From Candidatus Wolframiiraptor allenii (GTDB lineage: Archaea; Thermoproteota; Nitrososphaeria_A; Caldarchaeales; Wolframiiraptoraceae), in contig JAKCEV010000004.1 in the NCBI GenBank assembly GCA_023539495.1, positions 1-24,000 of the forward strand: a stretch of DNA of 24,000 nt, given 5' to 3'. The notes under the pieces are model-generated. The model made no database searches, was not told where the DNA came from, and worked only from the letters and a program-made list of their open reading frames with translations. Shown piece after piece: positions 7,836 through 16,336 of this stretch. Position 1 is the stretch's first letter; every line of letters begins with the position of its first letter. A program made the position numbers and the translations under genes.

Positions 7836-9674
7836 ATGCCGAGGATCGCCGTCCACGTAATAGTTCTGGATGAGGTGATTAGAGGGCTTAAGACAAGTGA
7901 TAATGAGGTCGAGAGAAAGCTCGGCATGATCATGAGTCAACACCGGTCCGCGGCAGTTTTAGGGGCCATCGGGCCCGACCTATTTTTTTGGGCGCCGGAC
8001 TTTGAGGCCACGGGAAAACTCTACAACTTTTACAAGAACTGGAAGACGATCGTGGATCTTTATAATGAGACCATAGGCAAAATTGTCAAGGCTATAGAGG
8101 CTCTAGGGGAGCCTGTGGAGGATGCTGTTGAAAGCTTAACGCCCTCGACAATCAACCTCATGAAGATGCTTATCGAGGAGGTTGATGAGACCATTAGATT
8201 GCTCAGGTCAACGATTGCCACAACGCTCTTTACCGGAGTGATTGAGGGATATAATGCCTTGAGCAACATCTCCGGCTCGCCGAGATTCTTCCACGCACTC
8301 TTCGATGAGCTCATGCCGCCGATGCAGAATGGCAAGAAGGAGTCGGAGTGGTATTGGCTCGACATGCTCCACTACAGGGACACCGGAAGATTCGCCGCGA
8401 ACCTCGTAAGCTCCGCCGAAAGCGATCCCCAGATAGCCTATGCTTTTGGATATCTAACGCATATCGCGACGGATATCGTCGGGCACAGCTACATTAACCA
8501 GATCGTCGGGGGGCCATACAGGATACATCCTCAAAGACACATCACGGTAGAGAACTTCATAGACTCGTGGAAGTTCTATGAGGTTTATCATGAGAGCATA
8601 AACGAGAAGCTCCACAGCATCTTAGAACTACCATCCTCCCCGCCACCCGAGATCATCGACCTGATACATGATTCATTCAAGAAGACCTACGAGGAGAGGC
8701 CGCATCCCAATAGAATCAACAAGTCTTATAATGGCTTCCTGAGGAAAGGAGACATAGCCGCGGCATATGGCATCTATACATTCACAATCGAGATCATGAA
8801 GAGTATTAGCGTAAGGCCACCGGAGGAGCCCTTCAGCGGGGTAATGGACATACTATCAAATGCTTTGAGCGGGATACATGCACCCCCATCCCCACCAAAG
8901 CCCAAAAGAATGTGCGATATGGAGGATATATTCGCCTTAGGCCTGACCGAGCGCTCAAGGGAGTGTTATGAGGAGTTCGCCAAGAGCCTCGAAGAATGGC
9001 TTGAGTATCTTGGAGAGCTGATTGAATGGACCTTCGAAACCATACTCGCGATAGTGGACTTCATCGCCGCCGCGCTTTTATCGCTGGCAATCATCACCCT
9101 GATGGCGATATTATATGCCATCCAGCTATCACTATACACTCTCCTGAGAAACCTCCGGCAGGTATATGTTCTAGCTGGACTACTCTACCCAGAGCCCGAC
9201 GAGCTGGGATCAGCCCACGCGAGAAATATGATAACAAACTATCAATGCGGTAACGTGGTTGGACCCAAGGGATACCCGCGACTCCACTCATGTGATCTGA
9301 ATAACCTCCAGTGCCCCAGCACGGAGATTGAGCAACCTGGAACAATCCCAGCGCTGTCTCCTAGGAGCGCGGAGACGACGCCCAACTCATTCATAATCGG
9401 GGAGGAGTTCAGCCAGCAAACAATAGACTCTATCATACAGTACTCGAGGGCCCCAACCCCCGAGAAGACTAGGGAGCTGGAGATGGCGGGCCACGCCCTA
9501 GGCAATGCTGTAAGCCTCTCGCGCTGGCTAATCCTAAATGCCTTCCTGAAGAATAACTTGGACATCGTCTACACGGACTGGAACCTAGACTCGGACAGGG
9601 GATATGGATACAAATGCTGGTATTGGGATCAGCAAACCGGCAAGGACGCCTATCTACGGATCGTATTCGTCTAA
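7836..9674 (+). CDS. Zinc-dependent phospholipase C-like (PF00882-type fold) protein with C-terminal hydrophobic segment
   Basis: Motifs AAVLGAIGPDLFFW and AYAFGYLTHIATDIVGHSYIN (H...D...H metal-ligand pattern) as in zinc-dependent phospholipase C family proteins. Hydrophobic stretch ILAIVDFIAAALLSLAIITLMAILYAIQLSLYTLL. The gene starts 3 nt after the preceding stop. Confidence 0.65.
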   Translation: MPRIAVHVIVLDEVIRGLKTSDNEVERKLGMIMSQHRSAAVLGAIGPDLFFWAPDFEATGKLYNFYKNWKTIVDLYNETIGKIVKAIEALGEPVEDAVESLTPSTINLMKMLIEEVDETIRLLRSTIATTLFTGVIEGYNALSNISGSPRFFHALFDELMPPMQNGKKESEWYWLDMLHYRDTGRFAANLVSSAESDPQIAYAFGYLTHIATDIVGHSYINQIVGGPYRIHPQRHITVENFIDSWKFYEVYHESINEKLHSILELPSSPPPEIIDLIHDSFKKTYEERPHPNRINKSYNGFLRKGDIAAAYGIYTFTIEIMKSISVRPPEEPFSGVMDILSNALSGIHAPPSPPKPKRMCDMEDIFALGLTERSRECYEEFAKSLEEWLEYLGELIEWTFETILAIVDFIAAALLSLAIITLMAILYAIQLSLYTLLRNLRQVYVLAGLLYPEPDELGSAHARNMITNYQCGNVVGPKGYPRLHSCDLNNLQCPSTEIEQPGTIPALSPRSAETTPNSFIIGEEFSQQTIDSIIQYSRAPTPEKTRELEMAGHALGNAVSLSRWLILNAFLKNNLDIVYTDWNLDSDRGYGYKCWYWDQQTGKDAYLRIVFV

Positions 9675-9760
9675 GCAAGCCAGCTAAATAACACCACCCC
9701 CTCTTCAGAAGACCTAAGGGATAATACTTTTAATAGGAGGCGGGTTTGCTGGAGATCTTT

Positions 9761-9851
9761 GGGCCGGTAGCTCAGCCTGGGAGAGCTTCTAGGCCCCATA
9801 AGCGTCCGCCTTGCACGCGGGAGGTCGCGGGTTCAAATCCCGCCCGGTCCA
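9761..9851 (+). tRNA. tRNA-Ala(UGC) with a 17-nt intron
   Basis: Acceptor GGGCCGG/CCGGTCC with G3:U70 Ala identity pair; D arm GCTC/GAGC (split by the intron); anticodon arm TCCGC-CTTGCAC-GCGGG; T arm GCGGG-TTCAAAT-CCCGC; discriminator A. CCA is not encoded. Confidence 0.93.
9784..9800 (+). other. Non-canonical tRNA intron (position 22/23)
   Basis: AGCTTCTAGGCCCCATA interrupts the 3' strand of the D stem. Fold: central helix UGGG/CCCA, bulges AG^A and UA^A, inner helix GCU/GGC with UCUA loop. Cutting after nt 2 of both bulges removes exactly 17 nt and restores a standard tRNA. Confidence 0.82.
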
Positions 9852-10027
9852 TTATTTTTAACCATCTTTGATCATCCCTCCTACTAATTACTTCGATTTC
9901 GATTAAGGGGTGCTGTAATTAGTTTAGGATTACTTACTCCGCCTAATTCTTCCAGCGATTACATGTTCATGAAAATTTTTACCTAACTTCTTTGACTCTC
10001 TATAGCTCTGAGGGTGGGGGTGGCATC

Positions 10028-10549
10028 TTGCCTTTTACCCCTTTCCACCTTGGCCCCGGCCTAGGTCTTGGTTTACCATTAAGGAAGTATATTCATGTCC
10101 CAACATTTATTTTGGCTAATGTTATTGTGGATGTTGAGCCTTTCTTAGTCCTTCTATTCGGGTTAAGATATCCCTTGCATGGATACTTGCATACTTTCTT
10201 GCTGGCTTTTCCAATTGGTCTGGCCTTAGGCTGTATCACGTATCTTTTTGAAAGATTTCTGAAACCATTTTACAAGATTATTTTGTTGGAGACAGATGTA
10301 GATCTAGGCTTTAAGTCATTTATTATCGCAGGCGTATTTGGAACCGAGCTTCATGTTTTGCTTGACGCTCCCCTTTATGGTGACATAGAGCCGCTCTATC
10401 CAATTATCGCAAACCCCCTTCACAATCCATCCCTCGCGCCGGAAATCTACGGCCTGTGTGTTTGGATGGGGGTGTTCGGGATAGTTTACTATTTCATGTT
10501 GATGAGCATCTCAATCCATGGAAGACTATTAGCGAGGAGGCTAGCATAG
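10028..10549 (+). CDS. Polytopic membrane protein, possible DUF457/DUF4184-type family
   Basis: LPFTPFHLGPGLGLGLPLRKY...VPTFILANVIVDVEPF...HGYLHTFL pattern resembles membrane-bound metal-dependent hydrolase-like proteins. TTG at 10028 preceded by a GGTGGGGGT-like RBS is the likely start. Confidence 0.6.
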   Translation: MPFTPFHLGPGLGLGLPLRKYIHVPTFILANVIVDVEPFLVLLFGLRYPLHGYLHTFLLAFPIGLALGCITYLFERFLKPFYKIILLETDVDLGFKSFIIAGVFGTELHVLLDAPLYGDIEPLYPIIANPLHNPSLAPEIYGLCVWMGVFGIVYYFMLMSISIHGRLLARRLA

Positions 10550-10563
10550 AACATCTGTTAATG

Positions 10564-12351
10564 TCATGTGGATAGATAGTAGTATTCTCCTTGTTCTTTC
10601 TGGATTTTGTCAAGTTGTGAGCCCGGCTTGTTTGCTCTTGGTCTTCCGGTCTCCGGGTCTCTTCTGAATGTTATGCCAACTTCTTTTAGGAACTGGTTAA
10701 ATCCTGTTTTCAGGTCGGTTGGCGGGTTTGCGATGCCGCGTATCCCCGGTTCTCCTGTGAAGACCATTAACCTTGTCGAGGCAAAGTCTAGAACCATGAG
10801 GTCGTGTTCTACGAGGAAGATGTAAGCTCTTCTATCCCTCGCGATTCTTCTAAGATATCTTGCTATAGAATATCTCTCCTCCACATCTAGATACGCACTT
10901 GGCTCGTCCAGAAGATAGATCTCCGCGTCCTTTGATAATGCCTCCGCCACTGAGACCTTCTGGAGCTCTCCGCCGCTTAGCTCGCTCATGTTCCTGTCGA
11001 GAAGTCTCTCCAGCTGGAGAGGCTCGATCACCTCGCTCCAGTATAGCTCCGTCTCGAACCTTGGCCCGGCTGCATTCCTCAGTGCCTTCTCCACGATTAT
11101 GTCCCTAGGCTCGGGGTACTGGGGCTTATAGCTCACGGACTTATACTCTAGCTTATAGCCGTCATCGCACTCCTCCACGCCCGCGAGGAGCTTAATGAAC
11201 GTCGTCTTACCTATGCCATTGGGGCCCAGTATTCCGATGACCTCACCCGGATATATTCGGCCACCCCTAACCTCCAGCCTAAACCCATCATAAGTCTTAG
11301 TCATCTCAGGCCACTCAAGCGGCATGCCACCCTCGACAATCCCCTGCTGCGATGGGGGCCTAACATGGAAGGCTATTCTCTCTGACCTAAACCTGACGTT
11401 ATCCGTCGGGATATAGCCGTTTAGGAAGATGTTTATCCCCTCCCTAACGCCGAACGGCCCTGAGACCACCCCGAAGATCCCGGTCCTACCATAAAGTATG
11501 AAGACCTTGTCCGAGAGATAGTCGAGGACGGCGAGGTCGTGGTCGCAGACAATTATCCTGACATCATCGCCGAGCATTGATCTTATCGCTGCGGCGGCTC
11601 TAAGCCTCTGCCTTATATCCAAGAAGCTGGATGGCTCATCTATGATGAATGTGTTCGCGTCCTTAGCTAGGCATGCAGCGAGGGCGAGCCTCTGAAGCTC
11701 CCCACCACTGAGGGCTGAGACCTCTCGATCCAGCAAGTGCCCGAGCTCAAAGAGCTCGATAACTTTATCCAGCTTACCGGGGCTTGCGACACGCCTGAGA
11801 ACCTCCCCAACCTTACCCTTGACGACTTTCGGTATCTTCTCGATATACTGTGGCTTGTAGCTTATCCTGATCTCGCCTCTAGCTATCCTAGCGAAGTAAT
11901 CTTGGAGCAGCGTTCCCCTAAATTGCCTCGCGAGCTCTTCATAGCTCGGCTCGCTTGAGTCGAATCTCCCAAGGTTCGGCTTAATGATGTTGGCGAGTAT
12001 TTGGAGGGCGGTGGTCTTACCAGTTCCATTCTTGCCGACTAGGCCGATAACCACGCCGGGCTCAGGGTATGGAAGCCTATATAGTCTGAAAGTATTCGGC
12101 CCATACTGGTGGACGAGATCGAACTCGAGCTCTTGTGGAAGGTTGACAATCGTGATCGCCTTAAAGGGGCACTTGGCAGCGCAGATTCCACAGCCGATGC
12201 ATAGCAGCTCGACGATTACTGGATAGCCGTCCTCACCCATTTTAACAACTTCGACGCCGCTCCTCACTTTAGGACAGAACCTAATACACTCTAACCCGCA
12301 CTTTTTCGGATCACACTTCTCCCTGTCGATGACGGCTACCCTGAGCTGCAT
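10564..12351 (-). CDS. rli1: ABCE1/Rli1 ribosome recycling factor (Fe-S ABC ATPase)
   Basis: N-terminal ferredoxin-like cysteine clusters (CDPKKCGLECIRFCP; CIGCGICAAKCPF), two ABC domains: GKNGTGKTT...LSGGELQRL and GPNGIGKTT...LSGGELQKV. Confidence 0.97.
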   Translation of the reverse strand: MQLRVAVIDREKCDPKKCGLECIRFCPKVRSGVEVVKMGEDGYPVIVELLCIGCGICAAKCPFKAITIVNLPQELEFDLVHQYGPNTFRLYRLPYPEPGVVIGLVGKNGTGKTTALQILANIIKPNLGRFDSSEPSYEELARQFRGTLLQDYFARIARGEIRISYKPQYIEKIPKVVKGKVGEVLRRVASPGKLDKVIELFELGHLLDREVSALSGGELQRLALAACLAKDANTFIIDEPSSFLDIRQRLRAAAAIRSMLGDDVRIIVCDHDLAVLDYLSDKVFILYGRTGIFGVVSGPFGVREGINIFLNGYIPTDNVRFRSERIAFHVRPPSQQGIVEGGMPLEWPEMTKTYDGFRLEVRGGRIYPGEVIGILGPNGIGKTTFIKLLAGVEECDDGYKLEYKSVSYKPQYPEPRDIIVEKALRNAAGPRFETELYWSEVIEPLQLERLLDRNMSELSGGELQKVSVAEALSKDAEIYLLDEPSAYLDVEERYSIARYLRRIARDRRAYIFLVEHDLMVLDFASTRLMVFTGEPGIRGIANPPTDLKTGFNQFLKEVGITFRRDPETGRPRANKPGSQLDKIQKEQGEYYYLST

Positions 12352-12359
12352 ATTCCGCG

Positions 12360-13727
12360 CTATGCTCCCCTGCTAAGCCTCCTTATAGTTTCCCTTATCA
12401 TGTCCTCTGCCTCGCCCACTATCTCGCTCAGCCTCTTCTCCGTCCTCGCCTCAGCCGTCATCTTTACTTGAGGCATGGTGTTGGATTGTCTAACTAGGAT
12501 CCAGCCATCATCAAAATATGCCTTTACGCCATCTATCGTGCTCACCTTGAGGCCTTTCTCTCTATAGTATCTCGCGATTTCCTCCACGACCCTGTCCTTC
12601 AGCTCATCTGGGCACTCGAATGTCCTTATCGGTATAGATGGATATTTAGGTATCTCATCAACGAGCCTGGAGAGCTTCTTACCTGCCCTCGCAACTATCT
12701 CTGCCATCCTAATGGTCGCATAGACCGCGTCATCAAAGCCCCAGATCTCGGGGAAGTAGAAGTGGTTGCTCTTCTCGCCGCCGATGACCGCGTTCAGCTC
12801 CCTGACAGCGTTTAAGAGGAAGGCCCTACCAACCCTCATCTCGACAGGCTCGCATCCTTTCTCAAGAATAATCTCCCTAAGGGCACTGCTGCTTGACACG
12901 TCATACACTACCTTACCCCGCTTATCCAAGTGCTTAACATAGATTGCGAGCGTGATGTCTCCCGGGATTATCCTGCCTAGATCATCCACGAAGACAACTC
13001 TATCCCCATCACCATCAAATCCAGCCCCAAAATCCGCTCCCGACTCGACCACAAGCCGCTGTAGATCCTTTAGTGTCTCTTCGGTGGGCTCGGGGAGGTG
13101 GCCCGGGAAGCGGCCATCAGGCACATCATTTATGCTAACGATCTCTATTCCAAGCCTCTCCGCTATCTTTGGGAAGGGTATCGCAGCCGCCCCATTAGAG
13201 TAGTCCACCGCGATCCTCATGCGGGCATCTATCTTAAACCTCGAGGACATGAACTCGATATAGGGCATGAGTATATCAGCCCTCTCGATCTTTCCCGGCC
13301 TCTTACACTCCCTGAACCTTCTATTGATTACCATGTCCTTTAGTTGCTCCATCCCGGCTCCGGCCGAGAGCGTCGCGCCCCCCGGCTTCACGATCTTAAA
13401 CCCATTCCACTCGGGCGGGTTATGGCTTGCTGTAACCTGAACACCCCCATCAACCTTGAAATAAACTGTCGAGAAGTATAGCATGGGCGTCGAGACCATC
13501 CCAACATCCAGCACGTCGCATCCAGCTCTGGTCAAGCCCCTTGCCAAACCCCTCACAAGCACTTCTCCACCTATCCTAACATCCCTGCCAACAACAACCC
13601 TACCACGATTACCGAGAAATGTCCCATAGGCTAGGCCAATAAGCTCTGCGACCTCCTCATCCAGATCCTGCCCATAGACTCCCCTAATGTCATAGGCCCT
13701 GAAGATATGCGGCTTCACGGAAACCAT
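12360..13727 (-). CDS. Phosphomannomutase/phosphoglucomutase family (archaeal phosphohexomutase)
   Basis: FRAYDIRGVYG start, active-site TASHNPPEWNGFK, metal site DGDGDRV, phosphate-binding VRQSNTMPQVKMTAE. The gene ends 8 nt upstream of the rli1 start in the same orientation. Confidence 0.92.
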   Translation of the reverse strand: MVSVKPHIFRAYDIRGVYGQDLDEEVAELIGLAYGTFLGNRGRVVVGRDVRIGGEVLVRGLARGLTRAGCDVLDVGMVSTPMLYFSTVYFKVDGGVQVTASHNPPEWNGFKIVKPGGATLSAGAGMEQLKDMVINRRFRECKRPGKIERADILMPYIEFMSSRFKIDARMRIAVDYSNGAAAIPFPKIAERLGIEIVSINDVPDGRFPGHLPEPTEETLKDLQRLVVESGADFGAGFDGDGDRVVFVDDLGRIIPGDITLAIYVKHLDKRGKVVYDVSSSSALREIILEKGCEPVEMRVGRAFLLNAVRELNAVIGGEKSNHFYFPEIWGFDDAVYATIRMAEIVARAGKKLSRLVDEIPKYPSIPIRTFECPDELKDRVVEEIARYYREKGLKVSTIDGVKAYFDDGWILVRQSNTMPQVKMTAEARTEKRLSEIVGEAEDMIRETIRRLSRGA

Positions 13728-14160
13728 AATTATCCACTACCAAAAACTGCTCAGTCTTAACTTTAAGTATATTCCCTTATTGGTTTTTGGGAAAGTGTTT
13801 AAGACCATAGACCTAAAGACCTAACATAATCCAGTATCTCGCTTATCGTCCGCCTAGCTCCACGCTTCTCTATCACCTCCAACCCCCAGCATGGAGGAGT
13901 CATGAATCCATGTATGGTAGGAAAAAGGGTTCCCTGCGGCTTTCACAGCTACGAGGACATGTTGGTCAGCCCATCTTCATATTTTTCTAAGGTTTTCTAA
14001 GGCCGAGTATGGCCAAAACGAGCCAGAACATGGCTCAGCTATGATGCCGCACGGGCTTGTTCATCACGCTTAATATACCTTTCTCAGGCCCCAGAAGCTA
14101 GGAAAAACCCGGAGTAAAGCTAAATTTATGGGCTTGAAAAACACGAATAATTGAGGAAAC

Positions 14161-14337
14161 ATGCCCCGTGAAAGGATTGTAGTGGAATCAAAGGTGCGGG
14201 AGCTTCTGCCAGAGGGAATACGCCTCGCATCCGATGCTCTCGACGGGCTCGACCAAGCCGTCAGAGAACTGATAAACAAGGCCGTGCAAAGATGCAAGGC
14301 GAATGGAAGAAAGACGATAATTAAGGAGGACTTCTAA
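14161..14337 (+). CDS. Minimal histone-fold (archaeal histone / NFYB-HAP5-like) protein
   Basis: 58-aa ORF below the ORF-track cut-off: MPRERIVVESKVRELLPEGIRLASDALDGLDQAVRELINKAVQRCKANGRKTIIKEDF. Pattern of alpha1, a long amphipathic alpha2 and ANGRKT..ED typical of histone-fold proteins. Purine-rich gaggaaac lies just upstream. Confidence 0.72.
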   Translation: MPRERIVVESKVRELLPEGIRLASDALDGLDQAVRELINKAVQRCKANGRKTIIKEDF

Positions 14338-14439
14338 CATTCCCAAAATTTTCTTTCATCAAGAATGGAAAAGATACAACCCGCCGCTAATTAAGGCAGT
14401 ACTATCTTTTCTAAGGTATTAAGAGAGGTAAAAACCTAC

Positions 14440-15093
14440 TCAGTTAGAATTATATTTTTCGGAAATCGCTCTGAAGATTAGGGCTACAGCCACAGCTCCC
14501 GGATCTGGGTAGCCGAGGGTTTTCTCCCCCAAGTAACTTGCCTTACCCTTTTTAGCTATCATCTCCCTTGTAGCTTCTGCACCTTTTTGAGCGGCTTCAG
14601 CAGCTTTTTCAAATGCCTCTTTCAATGAGCCGCCAGCTCTCGCAACAGCCTCTAGGGCTTCTATGGCTGGCGCTAGTGCATCAACCATAGTCTTATCCCC
14701 GGGTTTAGCTCCGCCAAGTTTCATTATCGTATCAAGTGATGCTTTAAAAGCCTTCGCAAGCTCCACTAGATCGGCCTCCTTCTTACCTTTCAATCTCATT
14801 CCAGCTGAGCTAAATAATGCCCCAAATACCGCTCCTGACGCGCCCCCAACAGTGGCAGTAATCGCGAAACCAGCCTTCATCAACAACTCCCCTAAATCAT
14901 CACCTTCATAGCTCCCAACTTGCTGTTTAACATTAGTGAATCCCCTTAACATTCCAATCCCGAAGTCGCCGTCACCACACGCCCTATCCAAGTCGGTTAA
15001 GCAGCCCTCCTCCGATATCACAACATCCGAGATATGCAGCAGTATCTCTTTCATTTTCTTGCAAGAGATACGATCCTCAGTCAATCTTAGCAC
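14440..15093 (-). CDS. dhaL: Dihydroxyacetone kinase nucleotide-binding subunit DhaL
   Basis: DhaL motifs CGDGDFGIGMLRGF, GGASGAVFGALF, PGDKTMVDALAPA, YPDPGAVAVALIF. GTG start. Confidence 0.9.
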   Translation of the reverse strand: MLRLTEDRISCKKMKEILLHISDVVISEEGCLTDLDRACGDGDFGIGMLRGFTNVKQQVGSYEGDDLGELLMKAGFAITATVGGASGAVFGALFSSAGMRLKGKKEADLVELAKAFKASLDTIMKLGGAKPGDKTMVDALAPAIEALEAVARAGGSLKEAFEKAAEAAQKGAEATREMIAKKGKASYLGEKTLGYPDPGAVAVALIFRAISEKYNSN

Positions 15094-15118
15094 CTCTCGT
15101 CAGCAAGGGACATATTGC

Positions 15119-16150
15119 TTATTTAAGCTTTGATTGGAGCTCCGGACATATTCTGACGATTGGCGTGTAAGCTGGGGCATCACAAAGCTCCTTCAACTCG
15201 TCATCTAGCCTAAGGATACTAATCGTTGCACCCGCCATCTCCTGCGTGGTTAAAAAATTGCCAACATCGACATGATGAATCTCCACTCCAATATTAGCCA
15301 GTATCTGCACGGCTTTCCTCGTAACTATATACAGCTCCATTAGAGTGGTGGAGCCACACCCATTGATGAGCATGTTAACCTCGTCTCCACTTCTTAATGG
15401 AAGATCCCTTAATATCTCCTTAACAATTATTTCCGTCACCTCATCCGCGGGTTTAATCTTTGTAAGGAGGACGCCCTTCTCTCCATGAGCGCCTATCCCG
15501 AAATATATCTCATCTTCGCCAAGCTCGAAGGTTGGTTTTCCTGTCGCCGGAATTGTGCCAGGCGCCAAGGCTACACCAAATGAACGGACATTTTCTCTAG
15601 CCTTCTCAGCCACCCTCTTGACCTCCTTAAGATCCGCACCCCATATCTCTGCCGCTGCGCCAGCACATTTATACACGTAAAAACCTCCAGCTATCCCCCG
15701 CCTCTCCATCTTCCTCTCAGGCGGCGCTGATGAGATATCATCCCAATACGGTATAATCTCCACCTCGATTCCGTCTGCCTCAGCCATTTGAGCGGCTAAG
15801 CCGAAGTTCATATTATCACCAGCATAGTTGCCGTAAATGTAGATCACGCCAGCGCCGCCATCTATTGCCCTTGTAGCTTCCAAGATGTTGGGAGGCGTCG
15901 GCGCAGCGAAAACCTCCCCATAAACTGCTCCATCGCACATGCCATAGCCGACATATCCTATGAATAGCGGTTCATGCCCACTTCCACCACCACTCAGAAT
16001 AGCAACCTTCCCCTTCACCGGCGCGTCCTTTCTAACAACAGCATGTGTGCCAACTTTTCTCACGATATGAGAATACGCTTTCACAAAACCCTCAAGCTCT
16101 TCCACAGTAACATTTAGTGGATCATTTATCAGTTTTTTAGCCCTTGTCAT
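15119..16150 (-). CDS. dhaK: Dihydroxyacetone kinase substrate-binding subunit DhaK
   Basis: Motifs AILSGGGSGHEPLFIGYVG, YGNYAGDNMNFGLA, FGIGAHGEKG (substrate-binding His), NGCGSTTLMELYI. Start corrected to MTRAKKLIND at 16150. Confidence 0.93.
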   Translation of the reverse strand: MTRAKKLINDPLNVTVEELEGFVKAYSHIVRKVGTHAVVRKDAPVKGKVAILSGGGSGHEPLFIGYVGYGMCDGAVYGEVFAAPTPPNILEATRAIDGGAGVIYIYGNYAGDNMNFGLAAQMAEADGIEVEIIPYWDDISSAPPERKMERRGIAGGFYVYKCAGAAAEIWGADLKEVKRVAEKARENVRSFGVALAPGTIPATGKPTFELGEDEIYFGIGAHGEKGVLLTKIKPADEVTEIIVKEILRDLPLRSGDEVNMLINGCGSTTLMELYIVTRKAVQILANIGVEIHHVDVGNFLTTQEMAGATISILRLDDELKELCDAPAYTPIVRICPELQSKLK

Positions 16151-16336
16151 ATTAACCCCACCTATAAGAATCACCCAAGTACCTTGAGCATAATAGTGGA
16201 AGATAAAGCTTTCTTGCTAAAAGATAAAAATAATGCCTAGAAATATCGCCGAGGCTACTTCAAAATACTAATTCTTCACCACTTAAAAATCACAATAAAG
16301 AAAGAGAAGAAAGTGGGCATAAGTCTGCTATTTCAG

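Noticed and set aside
8060-9565. Minus/plus overlapping ORFs inside the phospholipase-like gene (8060-8365, 9026-9253, 9094-9345, 9242-9565)
   Set aside because: Contained in or antisense to the long coherent ORF 7836-9674; no recognisable protein features.
14035-14085. Possible C/D box sRNA on the minus strand (GTGATGA ... CTGA)
   Set aside because: C-like and D-like boxes are present, but no convincing C'/D' pair or terminal stem; too weak without RNA data or an rRNA target match.
14070-14297. 75-aa minus-strand ORF
   Set aside because: Mostly antisense to the more convincing 58-aa histone-fold ORF; no motif or promoter support.
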